A stretch of 64,000 nt of DNA from Chrysomallon squamiferum (GCA_012295275.1 CM022667.1:4216001-4280000); one strand, 5' to 3'; positions 26,101 through 41,823 are shown, counted from the stretch's first letter. The notes: generated from the letters alone by a model not told the origin. Program-made: numbers and translations.

Positions 26101-26858
26101 ATCACCCATCAAAGGACTCCACCTTTGTCACAAAATCACACGACTTCACGAGAAACATCTCTGAAATGAAACAGAGGTTGGAGAATGGCACTACAACACT
26201 CTGTGGCAATAACCTGAAAGCTTTTGCAGACAGCCTTCACGAGCTCAGTGAAATGAATTGGCGTCCTGCAGCAAAGAAAATAGCAATTTTGTTATCGTTT
26301 GACCCACCCCACGGTCTGGACAAACAGATTTGTGGGTTTCCAGAAGGCCTGGATCCTCTCCAGCTAGTAAGAGATCTTGCTAAGAAAGAGATAACTCTGT
26401 TTGTTGTTGGGTGCGAACCGTCACTGAAATCATACAGAAATTTCTTCATGGGTTTGGCGTACATCAACGGAGGTCAGTATCTTCCCCTGGATGGATATGA
26501 GGCGTTGACACATATTATTAGTGGAGGGGTTCACGAAGAGCTGTCTTTAGAGCGGTTGATGAATAAGATCAATCGAAAGGTGGAGAAGGAAATTCGTGAT
26601 GGCAAGGCTTACAATGTTGATGATTTAGCTAGGAAGATTCATTCGAAACTGTCACGCAAAGGTTACAAGGTGAAGATGCTGACCAGGAATGGAGTTGGTG
26701 TGTGTAAGATCAGTGAAAAAGCAAAAGCTTATTCAAAAATGAATACAATGTCCGAGGTCTCAAGAGCTGATGAAGATGATGATGATGTTTATGTCTGTGT
26801 AGAGCAGTTTCTAGATCTCGAACAAGTGAACAGAATGGTGAAAAAAATCAGTTGCTAG
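10051..26858 (+). CDS. Multi-exon gene encoding six tandem vWA (VwkA-type) domains, about 2003 aa once module 3 indels are corrected
   Basis: Exons: 10051-10060; 11288-11338; 11963-12868; 13717-13767; 14172-15047; 15370-15480; 16136-16186; 17190-18064; 18394-18504; 19162-19212; 20220-21095; 21418-21528; 22178-22228; 23205-24041; 24389-24499; 25012-25074; 25990-26858 (TAG). All GT-AG and all phase 1. Motifs include LDxAxVxDCTG|[51 protein letters not shown]. The corrected frame has only one stop, in module 6. Confidence 0.8.
10649..10668 (+). promoter_or_regulatory. Second p53-family response-element-like 20-mer, in vWA intron 1
   Basis: AAACAAGTTT AGACATGTTG, zero spacer, 1 mismatch; part of a ~75-bp block duplicated from ~9800-9870. 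Confidence 0.5.
11288..12868 (+). CDS. vWA module 1 (exons 11288-11338 and 11963-12868)
   Basis: [17 protein letters not shown]|SMSNY...[12 protein letters not shown]...DAPPQG...[10 protein letters not shown]; ends at donor CAG|GTATTT. Divergent, with CHHHHS in place of RDHPPQD. Confidence 0.88.
13717..15480 (+). CDS. vWA module 2 (exons 13717-13767, 14172-15047, 15370-15480)
   Basis: 51+876+111 nt, open frame, all canonical motifs present. Confidence 0.88.
16136..18504 (+). CDS. vWA module 3 (exons 16136-16186, 17190-18064, 18394-18504); frameshifted as assembled
   Basis: Near-identical to modules 2 and 4, but the main exon is 875 nt: a compensating -1/+1 pair at ~17522 and ~17550, and a -1 in the G run at ~17770. 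Confidence 0.75.
19162..21528 (+). CDS. vWA module 4 (exons 19162-19212, 20220-21095, 21418-21528)
   Basis: 51+876+111 nt, open frame. Confidence 0.88.
22178..24499 (+). CDS. vWA module 5 (exons 22178-22228, 23205-24041, 24389-24499)
   Basis: 51+837+111 nt, open frame, moderately diverged from modules 2-4. Confidence 0.88.
25012..26858 (+). CDS. vWA module 6, terminal (exons 25012-25074 and 25990-26858)
   Basis: [13 protein letters not shown]|SMSDY...[15 protein letters not shown]; GGGDGPEA is replaced by TLCGNNLKA and SDAPPHG by SFDPPHG. Confidence 0.88.
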
Positions 26859-27746
26859 AAAACATCCGAATATTTATAATTTTTATTTTGTTATTATTTG
26901 TTTTGTTCTTATTTACTTTTTTTTTTTTTTTTTTTTTTTTGTAATAATTTACATTTACATACTTTTTTAAATAGAAATCATTTATTTATTTATTTATTTG
27001 TTTATTTATTTATTTTATAGTTGTTTTCATTTTTATAAACAATTATGCATCTCGTATGCACAGACAGACACAGACAAGTTTTTACACTGAGAGCTGATCC
27101 TAAACCATCACTTTAGAAAGCTACAGACAAAAAAATATATTAAAAAAGAAATGTTCTCTGAGGTTTCAGTATTTTATGTGACTAACACACTTATAAACAT
27201 TTTGATCAGTCCAATGAGACTACAACAGGATATAATAAAATAGACTCTTCTTTTCAGAAACCTTCTTTTAAACATTTCGTTGATAATATTTTCTACAGAC
27301 TGGGTTTTTATAGAATGTAATATATGTGACTAATCACAGGCTATTTCAGTGAAAACGTCCCGTTCACAGTAATAGTGAAACAGGTGTTATCCGCAATGCT
27401 GTTCTTTCTTTTCACAAATTTTTGTTCAGCTCTGATTATTCTACAGTAAAGATTACTAATGATACAGGCTTTAGCTGTTTTCCCTATTACCTATTCATTG
27501 GATTAATGAGAATCTTTTTAAGCTAAATAACAAAAAAAAACTATCAAATGATAACATGCAGATTCATGTCAGTCATCACAAATGGAGATGAAGTAGAAAC
27601 GGTAATTGAATACAAATAAAATGAAGTCATGTTAGACTCCCTTTCTCATAAAATAAAAAAAGATAAATAAGTAAATTCATTAATTCAAATACAAAAATAT
27701 TCTTCGTTTTATTTTAGTATATTTTACCTTAACGTATTTAAACATA

Positions 27747-27786
<40 letters not shown>

Positions 27787-28444
27787 TCAGACACACACAC
27801 ACACATACAACATTCACACACATACATGCAAACGTGTGCTTTTTGGGTGTTTTTTTTTTAATGTACAGTATATATAATTCAACTCTGTTTTTACCTTTCG
27901 CTTGTACATTTTTCATATAGTTTGCACGTTTATTTAAAAAAGATTTCACCCATACTGAATATATTCAAGTTAGATTTTAACAATTTTAACATCACTACTA
28001 ACTGATTATTTTTTTTTTTTTTTTATTTTTTCTGTGAGCAAAGCTTTGTATGGGTATTAGTTTTTGCATGTTTCCATCATTCATGCGGATGTTGAAATGA
28101 GTGAAATGTTAACAAAATCAGAGATGATCATCAGAGAGCTTTAGATCAGTTGTCACGGAATGACTCAAATGTATTTAATAAATCTCGTTTAATTTTTATA
28201 ATTACAACCTAGTTTAGAATAATATTATACATTTGTAACTATATATATATATATATGTGTGTGTGTATATATATGTATATAGATAGATAGCTAGATAGAT
28301 ATATATATACATATAGAAATAGATTAATTATCTTTTTATATTTATTTTTGTGTTGAGATACTGTTTGCTTTTGCTTTTTTAAATAATAAAAAAATAGTTA
28401 TTCAAATAGTTGTTCAAATATTTATTTAATTAATACCTACTTTA

Positions 28445-28529
<85 letters not shown>

Positions 28530-28778
28530 GTTTTATGTTGTTTGTTTATTTAAATCTTACAAAGAACATTAAGCCAGTTACAGTTAAACGGGTCACAGTT
28601 GTGACAACATGGTGGTCATAATAAATTATCTGTAATAATAATAAAAATGTAAATTGTTAATCTAAAACTGGGAATGAAATAAATAAATAAATAAATAAAT
28701 AACATTCAAAATTTTTTAAAAAAAGGAAAGAAAGAAAAATGAAACAAAACCTTTTTATTAACATCATCAAAATCATCA

Positions 28779-28837
<59 letters not shown>

Positions 28838-28970
28838 GTTGATGTTTTGTTTATTCATTGATTCACATTATTCATTGACTGGCAAAAACATATTTTGTTT
28901 ACGAGTTCTTAACATAATATAAATCTCATTCTGATTTAAAAACATGACTTTGTTACAGTTTAATGGTCTT

Positions 28971-29170
28971 NNNNNNNNNNNNNNNNNNNNNNNNNNNNNN
29001 NNNNNNNNNNNNNNNNNNNNNNNNNNNNNNNNNNNNNNNNNNNNNNNNNNNNNNNNNNNNNNNNNNNNNNNNNNNNNNNNNNNNNNNNNNNNNNNNNNNN
29101 NNNNNNNNNNNNNNNNNNNNNNNNNNNNNNNNNNNNNNNNNNNNNNNNNNNNNNNNNNNNNNNNNNNNNN
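28971..29170. other. Assembly gap (200 N)
   Basis: Run of n characters. Confidence 1.
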
Positions 29171-29290
29171 TACAAACTATAAACAAACACACCCAAGCAT
29201 ACAAGCATCTACAGACTACATAAATACACATCTACAAACACATACACATCTACAAACACATACACATCTACAAACACATACAGAGCTCAC

Positions 29291-30428
29291 CTTTTCTGCT
29301 TGGCGAATCCAACAAAAAAGAATTCCTCTCATACATTTCACAGCAATCTGTCCAAGCTCGTGAGTTTTACCTTGATCATCATCTATATGTCTACAAAATA
29401 AAATTTTATTAAAATATACCTATTTAACCTTGATTATCTATCTATATATGTCTACAAAATAAAATATTATTAAAATAAACCTATTTTTACTTTGATCATC
29501 TATCTATATGTCTACAAAATACAATATTATTAAAATAAACCTATTTTTTATCTTGACCATCGTCTACTGGTCTATAAAATTAAATTTTATTTAAATAAAC
29601 CTAATTTCTACCTTGATCATTATCTATATGTCTATAAAATAAAATATTAAAATAGCATTCATGATTTTCATTTATCTTGTAACAAGTGACTGCTGTAGCA
29701 TTCATGATTTTCGCTTATCTTGTAACAAGTGACTGCTGTAACATTCATAATTTATCACTTCTGTTGTAACAGACATTTCATCTATAGATTTACTATTTGA
29801 TTTCTCATACACCAAGTTCTCGTAACATAATCACCAACTTTTCAGTGATGTTTTTATCAATCACATTCTGGACTTAGGATTACTCAAAATCTACTTTCAC
29901 TACAGTTCAGTTTGTTTGTGGTGAGGTTAATGATGAGATCAAACGTAAAAATACCTGTAAGACTGAGACAAAGCCCATGCAGCTACTGCACAGTAAATGC
30001 TGTCGCGGACGTAAGCAATCTTTGATGGGTTGTTTGGCTTTCCACATGATGGAAACAGACCAAGAGGACAACTCTGATACTGTAGAATCTGACGTTTTAC
30101 TGAATAACAAATAAAAGAGATTAATAAATATAAAATAAATAATAACAATAAATTATGAAGCAGCATTGAATTCGTATTATTTCAATATTTGCCTTTCTCA
30201 GTTCAACTGGATGTTCACTTCACAATAAGCCCTGGTTATTATCATTATGTAGTAAAACAGAAATCGTAACTAATATTATCATTATCTTTTGTAAATCAGC
30301 CTGTATTTTATTCCCAATATCATATGCGTTTCCAGTATAAATGAGTAATAAAGACTTACACACAAAATAAAAGTTGTCTAGTCTTTTGGCAACTTGTTCG
30401 GGGTAGGTCGAATCCTCATCAGTGGATC
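29291..30428 (-). pseudogene. PHKB: Phosphorylase kinase beta subunit 5' exons (30360-30428, 29955-30099, 29291-29390); start codon deleted, partial
   Basis: Spliced translation STDEDSTYPEQVAKRLDNFYFV|LKRQILQYQSCPLGLFPS...VRDSIYCAVAAWALSQSY|[34 protein letters not shown] matches the PHKB N-terminus, with consistent GT-AG phases. Comparison with 51667-51830 shows the ATG-bearing ~90 bp is missing. Confidence 0.85.
29370..29650. repeat. ~60-bp tandem repeat built from the PHKB exon 5' end plus splice acceptor, about 5 copies
   Basis: Unit ccttgatcatc-tatctatatgtctacaaaataaaatattattaaaataaacctattttta; the first copy is the real exon boundary. Confidence 0.85.
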
Positions 30429-30623
30429 CTGTAAAATCATTTAGTTAGATATCAAAGCTAAATGAATCTGAATTCATAACTAGTATCAAAGATTGTAAAT
30501 TTCTACATCGACGACATTTGTTTTCGATCTCTCTAGAGTTATCTGTCTTGAAAACCTTGACCGTCAAGTCATTAATCATTTGCATTATGACTGTCCAATA
30601 TTTTGTCTTTGTATTTATTTATT

Positions 30624-30697
<74 letters not shown>

Positions 30698-30766
30698 CAG
30701 CTGTGATTGGAAAATAACCTGTATTTTAATCCTGTTTAATATACAATTATTTTTATTTCTAAAAAA

Positions 30767-30797
<31 letters not shown>

Positions 30798-31064
30798 TAG
30801 AATAGAAAAAAAATAACATTAAAAAGAAATAAGTATACGTATAATACGGAGAGACATACAAAATGACAGGCAACTGAACAGTAACATTACTTAAATTGTG
30901 ATTAGACTTTTGTTTGTTTGTTTATTTATTTATATTCTCAGGCTATGGTATGACATGAAATTGGCAGACAAATGTACGCTATCATTACTTGACCTGTCAT
31001 TAGTCTGTTATTGTTCAAGCTCATTATGATGTGGAAAAGCAAAACGATTGTATTATATTTAAAA

Positions 31065-31097
<33 letters not shown>

Positions 31098-31328
31098 TGT
31101 CTTCTTCTCTTTTTTTTTTTTTTACTGGCGCAGATATCTGAAACAATGTCAAAAACCAACAAACTGCCCAAATCTGGTTTATGGTTTGGAAGAGCGAAGT
31201 TAAGATTGTATGAAAGACAAGTCTGTATAGGGTTTTTTGGCAATTACTCTTTCAATGTGAATTCGATGTTTTGCAGTTTTTTTGTCAGTTCTGCATCTCC
31301 TGGGGACATCAGTGAAGAAAAATAGTGA

Positions 31329-31376
<48 letters not shown>

Positions 31377-31810
31377 TTATTTGTTATAAGTATGCTAACA
31401 ATTTATCAGTGCTCTTAGTGATATTTACGTTTTAATACACTGATTAATTAACATATGATTGATTTACAAATAATTTATACCAAACCTCCACAAATAATTC
31501 GTTTATGCGGTTAAAGAAATTATTCTTTTGTATAATTCATATATTGTTAGAATGTTTGATCAAATTTTAATGAACACAATAAATTATGAAGCGGCATTGA
31601 ATTCGTATTATTTGCCTTTCTAATTTCAACTGAATGTTTACATCACAATAGTCACTGGGTATTATCACTAAAACAGAAGTCGTAACTAATATTGTCATTA
31701 TCTTTTGTAATTTAGTGCAGCTGAAATTATCGGGGTAACTTTAGCATATATTTTAGGCTGTATTTTATTCCCAATATGCGTTTCCAGTATAAATGAGTAA
31801 TAAAGACTTA

Positions 31811-31883
31811 CACACAAAATAAAAGTCGTCAAGTCTTTTCCCAGTCGGTTCACGATCCTGAACGATAAGCCAGGGTTACTCAT
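31811..31883 (-). pseudogene. PHKB: Internally deleted copy of PHKB first coding exon
   Basis: MSNPGLSFRIVNRLG followed by a deletion and frameshift; same donor and downstream intron as 30360 and 51667. Confidence 0.75.
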
Positions 31884-31973
31884 GGTTAATCTCTAGAGTT
31901 ATCTATCTTGAAAACCTTGACCTTCCAGTCTTTAATAATATTCAAGTCAATTATATATATATATATATATATA

Positions 31974-32012
<39 letters not shown>

Positions 32013-32117
32013 CTGTGATTGGAAAATAAACTATATTTTAACCTTATAACAAAAACAAAAAAATAAAAAATAATAATAATAAATAATAAATAAAAATACA
32101 AAATACAATTATTATTA

Positions 32118-32152
<35 letters not shown>

Positions 32153-32519
32153 ATTATTATTATTATTATTATACAGTGTAGAAATATTATTGTTAATTCA
32201 TTAGAAAGCGTCCATATAAATTATATTATATCGTTTATATACCATTTATAAAACAAACCACAAATAGCAAAGCAATAGTCAAAGATCGTGGAGGGTCTCT
32301 TATCAGAAATTCCAAAATACTAAAAGCTCCTAAATCCATGCACAGATATTATTCTATGCATACAATTATGTATATATATATAAAAATTTATTAAAACCTT
32401 CTTAAAAGAAATTCGTATTTAGACTTTTTCGGGTTATTCCTCATACAGAAAAATCAATACCGAGAACCATATGAACAGAGCTGCACCTCGAAAGACATAC
32501 ATGAATGAATGAATGAAAT

Positions 32520-32660
32520 AGCCAATCAAAAATTACAGGCAAGCATTAAGACTACTGTGATTGGCTTAAAAAAGCGCAATCCGATGACAAAAAACACAGC
32601 CAATTAAAACTTACAGGAAGTATTACGACTACTGTGATTGGTTAAAACATAATTGGCAAA
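32520..32660 (+). promoter_or_regulatory. Doubled inverted-CCAAT module (second copy with ETS core) upstream of TNF-like first exons
   Basis: CCAAT 32522 with ATTGG 32560; CCAAT 32600, CAGGAAGT 32614, ATTGG 32637. The module recurs at 44386, 52809, 53992, 60005, 61577 and 62608. Confidence 0.55.
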
Positions 32661-32817
32661 GCGTTATATCTGATCTGATTCACTGGTTGAATACAAAGAT
32701 ATCGTGTATAAACATTTCATTAGTGAGACACCGTCTTAAAACGAAACCACATACGAACAGTCATGGAAGGCTGTTTGTATCTAGGCGATATACGAGTTTT
32801 CTGTGATCAAAAAAGAA

Positions 32818-32995
32818 ATGGATCCTAACATGGAAAGTTTGTTACCAAACAAAGAAGGGGAACAGAACAGAGTAGTTCAGGTAGCAGCAGTTCAGGTAGC
32901 AACAGTTCAGGTGGCAGTGATGACAGTAACACACCACTCATCAAAGCAAATAGAAAGGAAAATTTAGAAGGTTTTGTCAATCCTGTCACAAAAAA
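32818..32995 (+). pseudogene. Truncated 5' fragment of TNF-ligand exon A
   Basis: MDPNMESLLPNKEGEQ...LIKANRKENLEGFVNPVTK homology, with an internal 15-bp repeat expansion; ends before the TM segment. Confidence 0.75.
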
Positions 32996-33164
32996 TAGTA
33001 ATTGGCGAAGCTTCATATCTGATCTGAATCACGTGTTTGATACGACGATATCGTGTATAAACATTTCATTAGTGAGACACCGTCTTAAAACAAACATCAA
33101 ACGAACAGTCATGGAAGGCAGTTTGTATCTAGGCGATATACAAGTTTTCTGTGAGAATAAAGAA

Positions 33165-33594
33165 ATGGAGCGTAACAAAATAAGTTTGTTACAAAACAGA
33201 AAATGGAAACAGAGTGACACAGTTCACGGTGGTTCAGGTGGCAGTAACACGGGCACTGACGAGCCGCTCATCAAACCAAACAGAAAGGAAAATTTAGAAT
33301 GTTTTGTAAATCCTGTCAGAAAATGTACGCCAAGAAAAAAATGTGTTTGAAAAATGTGAGAAAGAAAAAGAAACAGAAAAAGAGAAAAATAAATTCTGGA
33401 TAAAGGTCATTCTGCTTTTTGCTGTCATCGACATTTTACTGATCATAGCTACAGGTCTGCTTTTCACCCCAAAACGTGTGGAGTCACAACGTCGAACCGT
33501 TGTGCAATGGGACGACGACGTCTGCATTCCGTGCAAAGATGTTTATTTCACCGACGATGACAAAATTGACAACATCTACGACATCGTAGCAAAG
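33165..33594 (+). pseudogene. TNF-ligand exon A copy with +1 A-run frameshift and 60-nt in-frame deletion
   Basis: 430 nt = 489-60+1; lacks FDVREDGNxCCPGREKNLID; donor AAG|GTTTTT retained. Confidence 0.8.
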
Positions 33595-34621
33595 GTTTTT
33601 ATTATTATTATTGTTGTTGTTGTTAAAACAAGATAGTTTATTTATAATAACAAGTGAAATAAGACACCATTTTCAAATATTAGTATTTAGGCGCAATGGT
33701 AACAATCTCAGACGTTTTACGTCATGTATGAAAAATTATTTTTATTTTATTTTGTTATTTATTTATTTATTCATTTATTATTTTTTTTTTTTATGAAAAT
33801 TATTTATCAAATTAGATTTAATTCCACATACAAAATAAACAAAAACTCATTTAATTTGTATGTGTTTTTAATTACGGAAATTACATTAGTCGTTATGATG
33901 TTTCTAGAACGAACTATTTCTCAAGTTTTGATATCTGCGTTCTAAAAATACATAGAGCATTTCCCATATTTTAATTATTATTCCGTATAATTGTAGAAGA
34001 ACATATGTGTCATTCTAAGTCATTGTTATATTTTAGCCATTGGAAATTTCAACTACATGGAGTTTCTTGTAACAATTTTAACTGTTTAGACAGTGTTATT
34101 TCTGAAAGATATTTATCAGTTTAGACTGTTATTTCTCAGTGTGACATATTTAACTGTTTAGATATTATTTGATATAAATAAATAAAGTATTGTTGTCTCT
34201 GACATTTGCATGTTTTATTTTGACCAGTGAAACTTTCAACTACATGGAGTTGTTTGTAACAGCGCAGACATCAGTGTTTAGAGACGAAAACAAAAAAGTT
34301 GATTTGACGACGTGAGAATCAGAACATTAAATCTTTAAAACACAACTTATTTATTTACTTACTTACACACACGCGCGCACACAACACACACACACAATGG
34401 TCTACACAAATGAATGTAAATGTAATTTGAAGATATGAAAAGAATCACACACACACTCACACACACACACACACACACACACGTAAAACTCATATTATTT
34501 ATAATGATATAGATACATATAGACAGACAGATAGATAATTATGGTCTTCGTTGTTTTCTTTTCTTGATACGTACGTTATTTACATTTCCACAGACGGGCA
34601 ATAGAAAAAGAGAGTCTGAGA

Positions 34622-34730
34622 GCGTCTGTTGCTAGGAGAATGTCTGTTGCTAGGAGAACGTCTGTTGCTGGGAGAACGTCTGTTGCTGGGAGAACGTCTG
34701 TTGCTGGGAAAACGTCTGTTGCTAGGAGAA
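34622..34730 (+). repeat. 18-bp tandem repeat, 6 copies, inside a candidate exon
   Basis: Unit cgtctgttgct(a/g)ggagaa; acceptor-like tttacatttccacag ends at 34592. Confidence 0.85.
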
Positions 34731-35081
34731 CTTGCACCAGAATTAACTAATAACAACAAAGAGTTTATTGTTTTCACTCATTTTCTAAAAACAGCATTTT
34801 AAATTTAAATCCAGCAGACACACGCATACAATATTAATTCTCACACTTATAAATTTAGACACTGTTATTTGTTATTATTTAACTCACAGTACTATATTTT
34901 TAACTGTTTAGACTGTTTTGTTATTTATATTTAATTGTTTAGACCACTGGGTTTTGAGCTAAAGAATCGCTATGACCTACACCAGAAACTGAAAGCTTAT
35001 TTTTAGAAACAATAAAATCAATAAAAAAAATCAGACGGCTTCTCTGAAACCTTAATTATTATTGATTTTAGAGAAATGCAG

Positions 35082-35113
<32 letters not shown>

Positions 35114-35333
35114 TGTATTTATTTATTTATTTATTTATTTATTTTTCATCAAATATAATTTCCACACTGATGGGTCCTCTATTTTGCGATTCACCGCGTC
35201 TGCAATATGTTACAATTATTATCTTTACAGGTAATTCCCCGATTTCCAGGGAAAGAAAATTGATTCGACATTCATCAGTTATTCACCAGTTTGTGTATCA
35301 AAGTAAGAACTGAGATAAAACAAAAGAAAAGAA

Positions 35334-39290
<3,957 letters not shown>

Positions 39291-41823
39291 GAAGACGGAC
39301 AAAATATACTGGATTGGAAACTAGCCTCCTCGTTCACTGGGCAGACTGTTATTTCTCAGTGTGACATATTTAACTGTTTAGACAGTGTTATTTCTCAGTG
39401 TGACATATTTAACTGTTTAGACAGTGTTATGTCTCAGTGTGACATATTTAACTGTTTAGACACTGATTATCATTATTACTGTGTTATTTCAAAGTGTGAC
39501 ATTTTAACTGTTTAGACAGTGTTATGTCTCAGTGTGACATATTTAACTGTTTAGACAGTGTTATTTCTCAGTGTGACATATTTAACTGTTTAGACAGTGT
39601 TATGTCTCAGTGTGACATATTTAACTGTTTAGACAGTGTTATTTCTCAGTGTGACATATTTAACTGTTTAGACAGTGTTATTTCTCAGTGTGACATATTT
39701 AACTGTTTAGACAGTGTTATGTCTCAGTGTGACATATTTAACTGTTTAGACAGTGTTATTTCTCAGTGTGACATATTTAACTGTTTAGACAGTGTTATTT
39801 CTCAGTTTGAAATATTTAACTGTTTAGACAGTGTTATGTCTCAGTGTGACATATTTAACTGTTTAGACAGTGTTATTTCTCAGTGTGACATATTTAACTG
39901 TTGAGACAGTTTTATGTCTCAGTGTGACATATTTAACTGTTGAGACAGTGTTATTTCTCAGTGTGACATATTTAACTGTTTAGACAGTGTTATTTCTCAG
40001 TGTGACATATTTAACTGTTTAGACAGTGTTATTTCTCAGTGTGACATATTTAACTGTTTTAGATATTATTTAGAAGATTTAAAAAATAAATTATTTTACG
40101 AAGATAAAATGTGCTCGCGCTATAGAAATTTTGCTTGCAATGTAATTTATTTTGGTGTTTTGTAATGCAGTTTTATTTTTGAAGTGGAAGTGACTATGAT
40201 GATAGTCACATCAGTGAGATTTCCTTTTTTCTACGCAGATTCTAACAGTTCATCAGCAGATGAAGACAGTGATTCAATATCTCGTTCTAACCGTGCTCGC
40301 TTTGTTTCTGATTCAGTAATCTGCTCAGTTTGCTTTTTCTAGAAGTCTCACTTTCAGGATTTCGGTTTTCTTTTGCTCAAGGCACTGTGTGCATCTCATC
40401 CTGCGACTCTGTGCAGCTGATCTAATCACCTTGGTTACGTGCACATTTGATATCACTCCACATGCTTGAATGTAATCATACCCGACTCTTTGGGCAGAAA
40501 TACTGATTTCACTCATGTTGCTTTACTGATGGAAATACCCTCGTTTTGTTGATACCTGTCCATGCGACAATCTGAATAACATCCTAATGTCTGCCCAGAG
40601 CCATTGTCCTTTTCCATGTACTCTCAAGATGACAGCTTTTCATATCAAATTCCTTGACTTTATGTTTATCACCTGTAACAGTGTGTCGTACTCCTTGAAT
40701 CTGCTGCTTGATACGTTTGCAAAGACGTGATCATCCAGTACCACATTTACGACCCTCTCCCCCCCAAAAAGCCCAAAACATCCATGCAATTTTGTATTGA
40801 TTGATTAAAAAGTCTAATTTAAGGTGAATTTTCTTTAATTTGGGTTGCAATTTTGCGTATTAAGGGCTGTATGTTTAACATGCCTGGTTTAGATAGTGTT
40901 ATTTCTCAGTGTGACATATTTAACTGTTTTGATAGTGTTATTTCTCAATGTGACATATTTAACTGTTTAGATAGTGTTATTTCTCAGTGTGACATATTTA
41001 ACTGTTTAGATAGTGCTATTTCTCAGTGTGACATATTTAACTGTTTTGATAGTGTTATTTCTCAGTGTGACATATTTAACTGTTTAGATAGTGTTATTTC
41101 TCAATGTGACATATTTAACTGTTTAGATAGTGTTATTTCTCAAGGTGAGGTATTTAACTGTTTAGATAGTGTTATTTCTCAATGTGACATATTTAACTGT
41201 TTAGACAGTGTTTTTCCTCACTGTGACATATTTAACAGTTTAGATAGTGTTATTTCTCACTGTGACATATTTAACAGTTTAGATAGTGTTATTTCTCAGT
41301 GTGACATATTTAACAGTTTAGATAGTGCTATTTCTCAGTGTGACATATTCAACTACTAGTGCTGCTGTTATTACTACTACCACTACTAATATTACTTCTA
41401 CCAGTGTCACTACTACTACAGGTACTATTACTATTACTTATACTATTACTACTACTGTTAATACTATTAATTCTAATGCTACAATTTTTACTACAAGTAT
41501 TTCAACTACTACAAATACTAGTAGTAATACTACTACTGCTTTGCTACTAAGCCACTATTACTACTGTTATTAGTGATGTTAATTCCAAAACAATGGGAGT
41601 TTACAGTGTACTAAATTACGTTTGTATTTCTGTAGGTACATTTTATTTGTATCTGTATATAAATGTATGTACGCTCTTACATATTAACCAAAAGAAGTTT
41701 ATTTTTTCTGTAATTGTGATTGAACTGAAAGCAGACGAGAGTATTGAACTGCGCGTGCACAGCATTAAAAATCGTGAAAAGGACAACAACAAACACAACT
41801 TCGGAATTTATTGCTTTCAGTAA
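39291..41823 (+). pseudogene. Second TNF-domain exon broken into a 5' piece (39291-39342) and a 3' piece (~41719-41823)
   Basis: EDGQNILDWKLASSFTG and IELKADESIELRVHSIKNREKDNNKHNFGIYCFQ* flank the 39-bp satellite; the middle of the exon is missing. Confidence 0.8.
39343..41356. repeat. 39-bp minisatellite in two blocks (39343-40060 and 40888-41356) split by an ~830-bp unrelated insert
   Basis: Unit gacagtgttatttctcagtgtgacatatttaactgttta (13-aa periodicity DSVISQCDIFNCL); degenerate monomers at 34075-34165. Confidence 0.95.

Noticed and set aside
29291-30428. Functional PHKB gene
   Set aside because: The start-codon region is deleted relative to 51667-51796 and no further PHKB exons appear left of the gap. 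Continuation inside the gap cannot be fully excluded.
40061-40887. piggyBac-like transposase remnant
   Set aside because: An acidic SSADEDSD-like stretch is suggestive, but no TIRs, TTAA duplication or catalytic motifs could be confirmed.
39343-41356. 39-bp array as a CRISPR array or Cys-rich repeat protein
   Set aside because: Units are head-to-tail with no unique spacers, the context is eukaryotic, and the ORFs follow trivially from a stop-free unit whose length is a multiple of 3.
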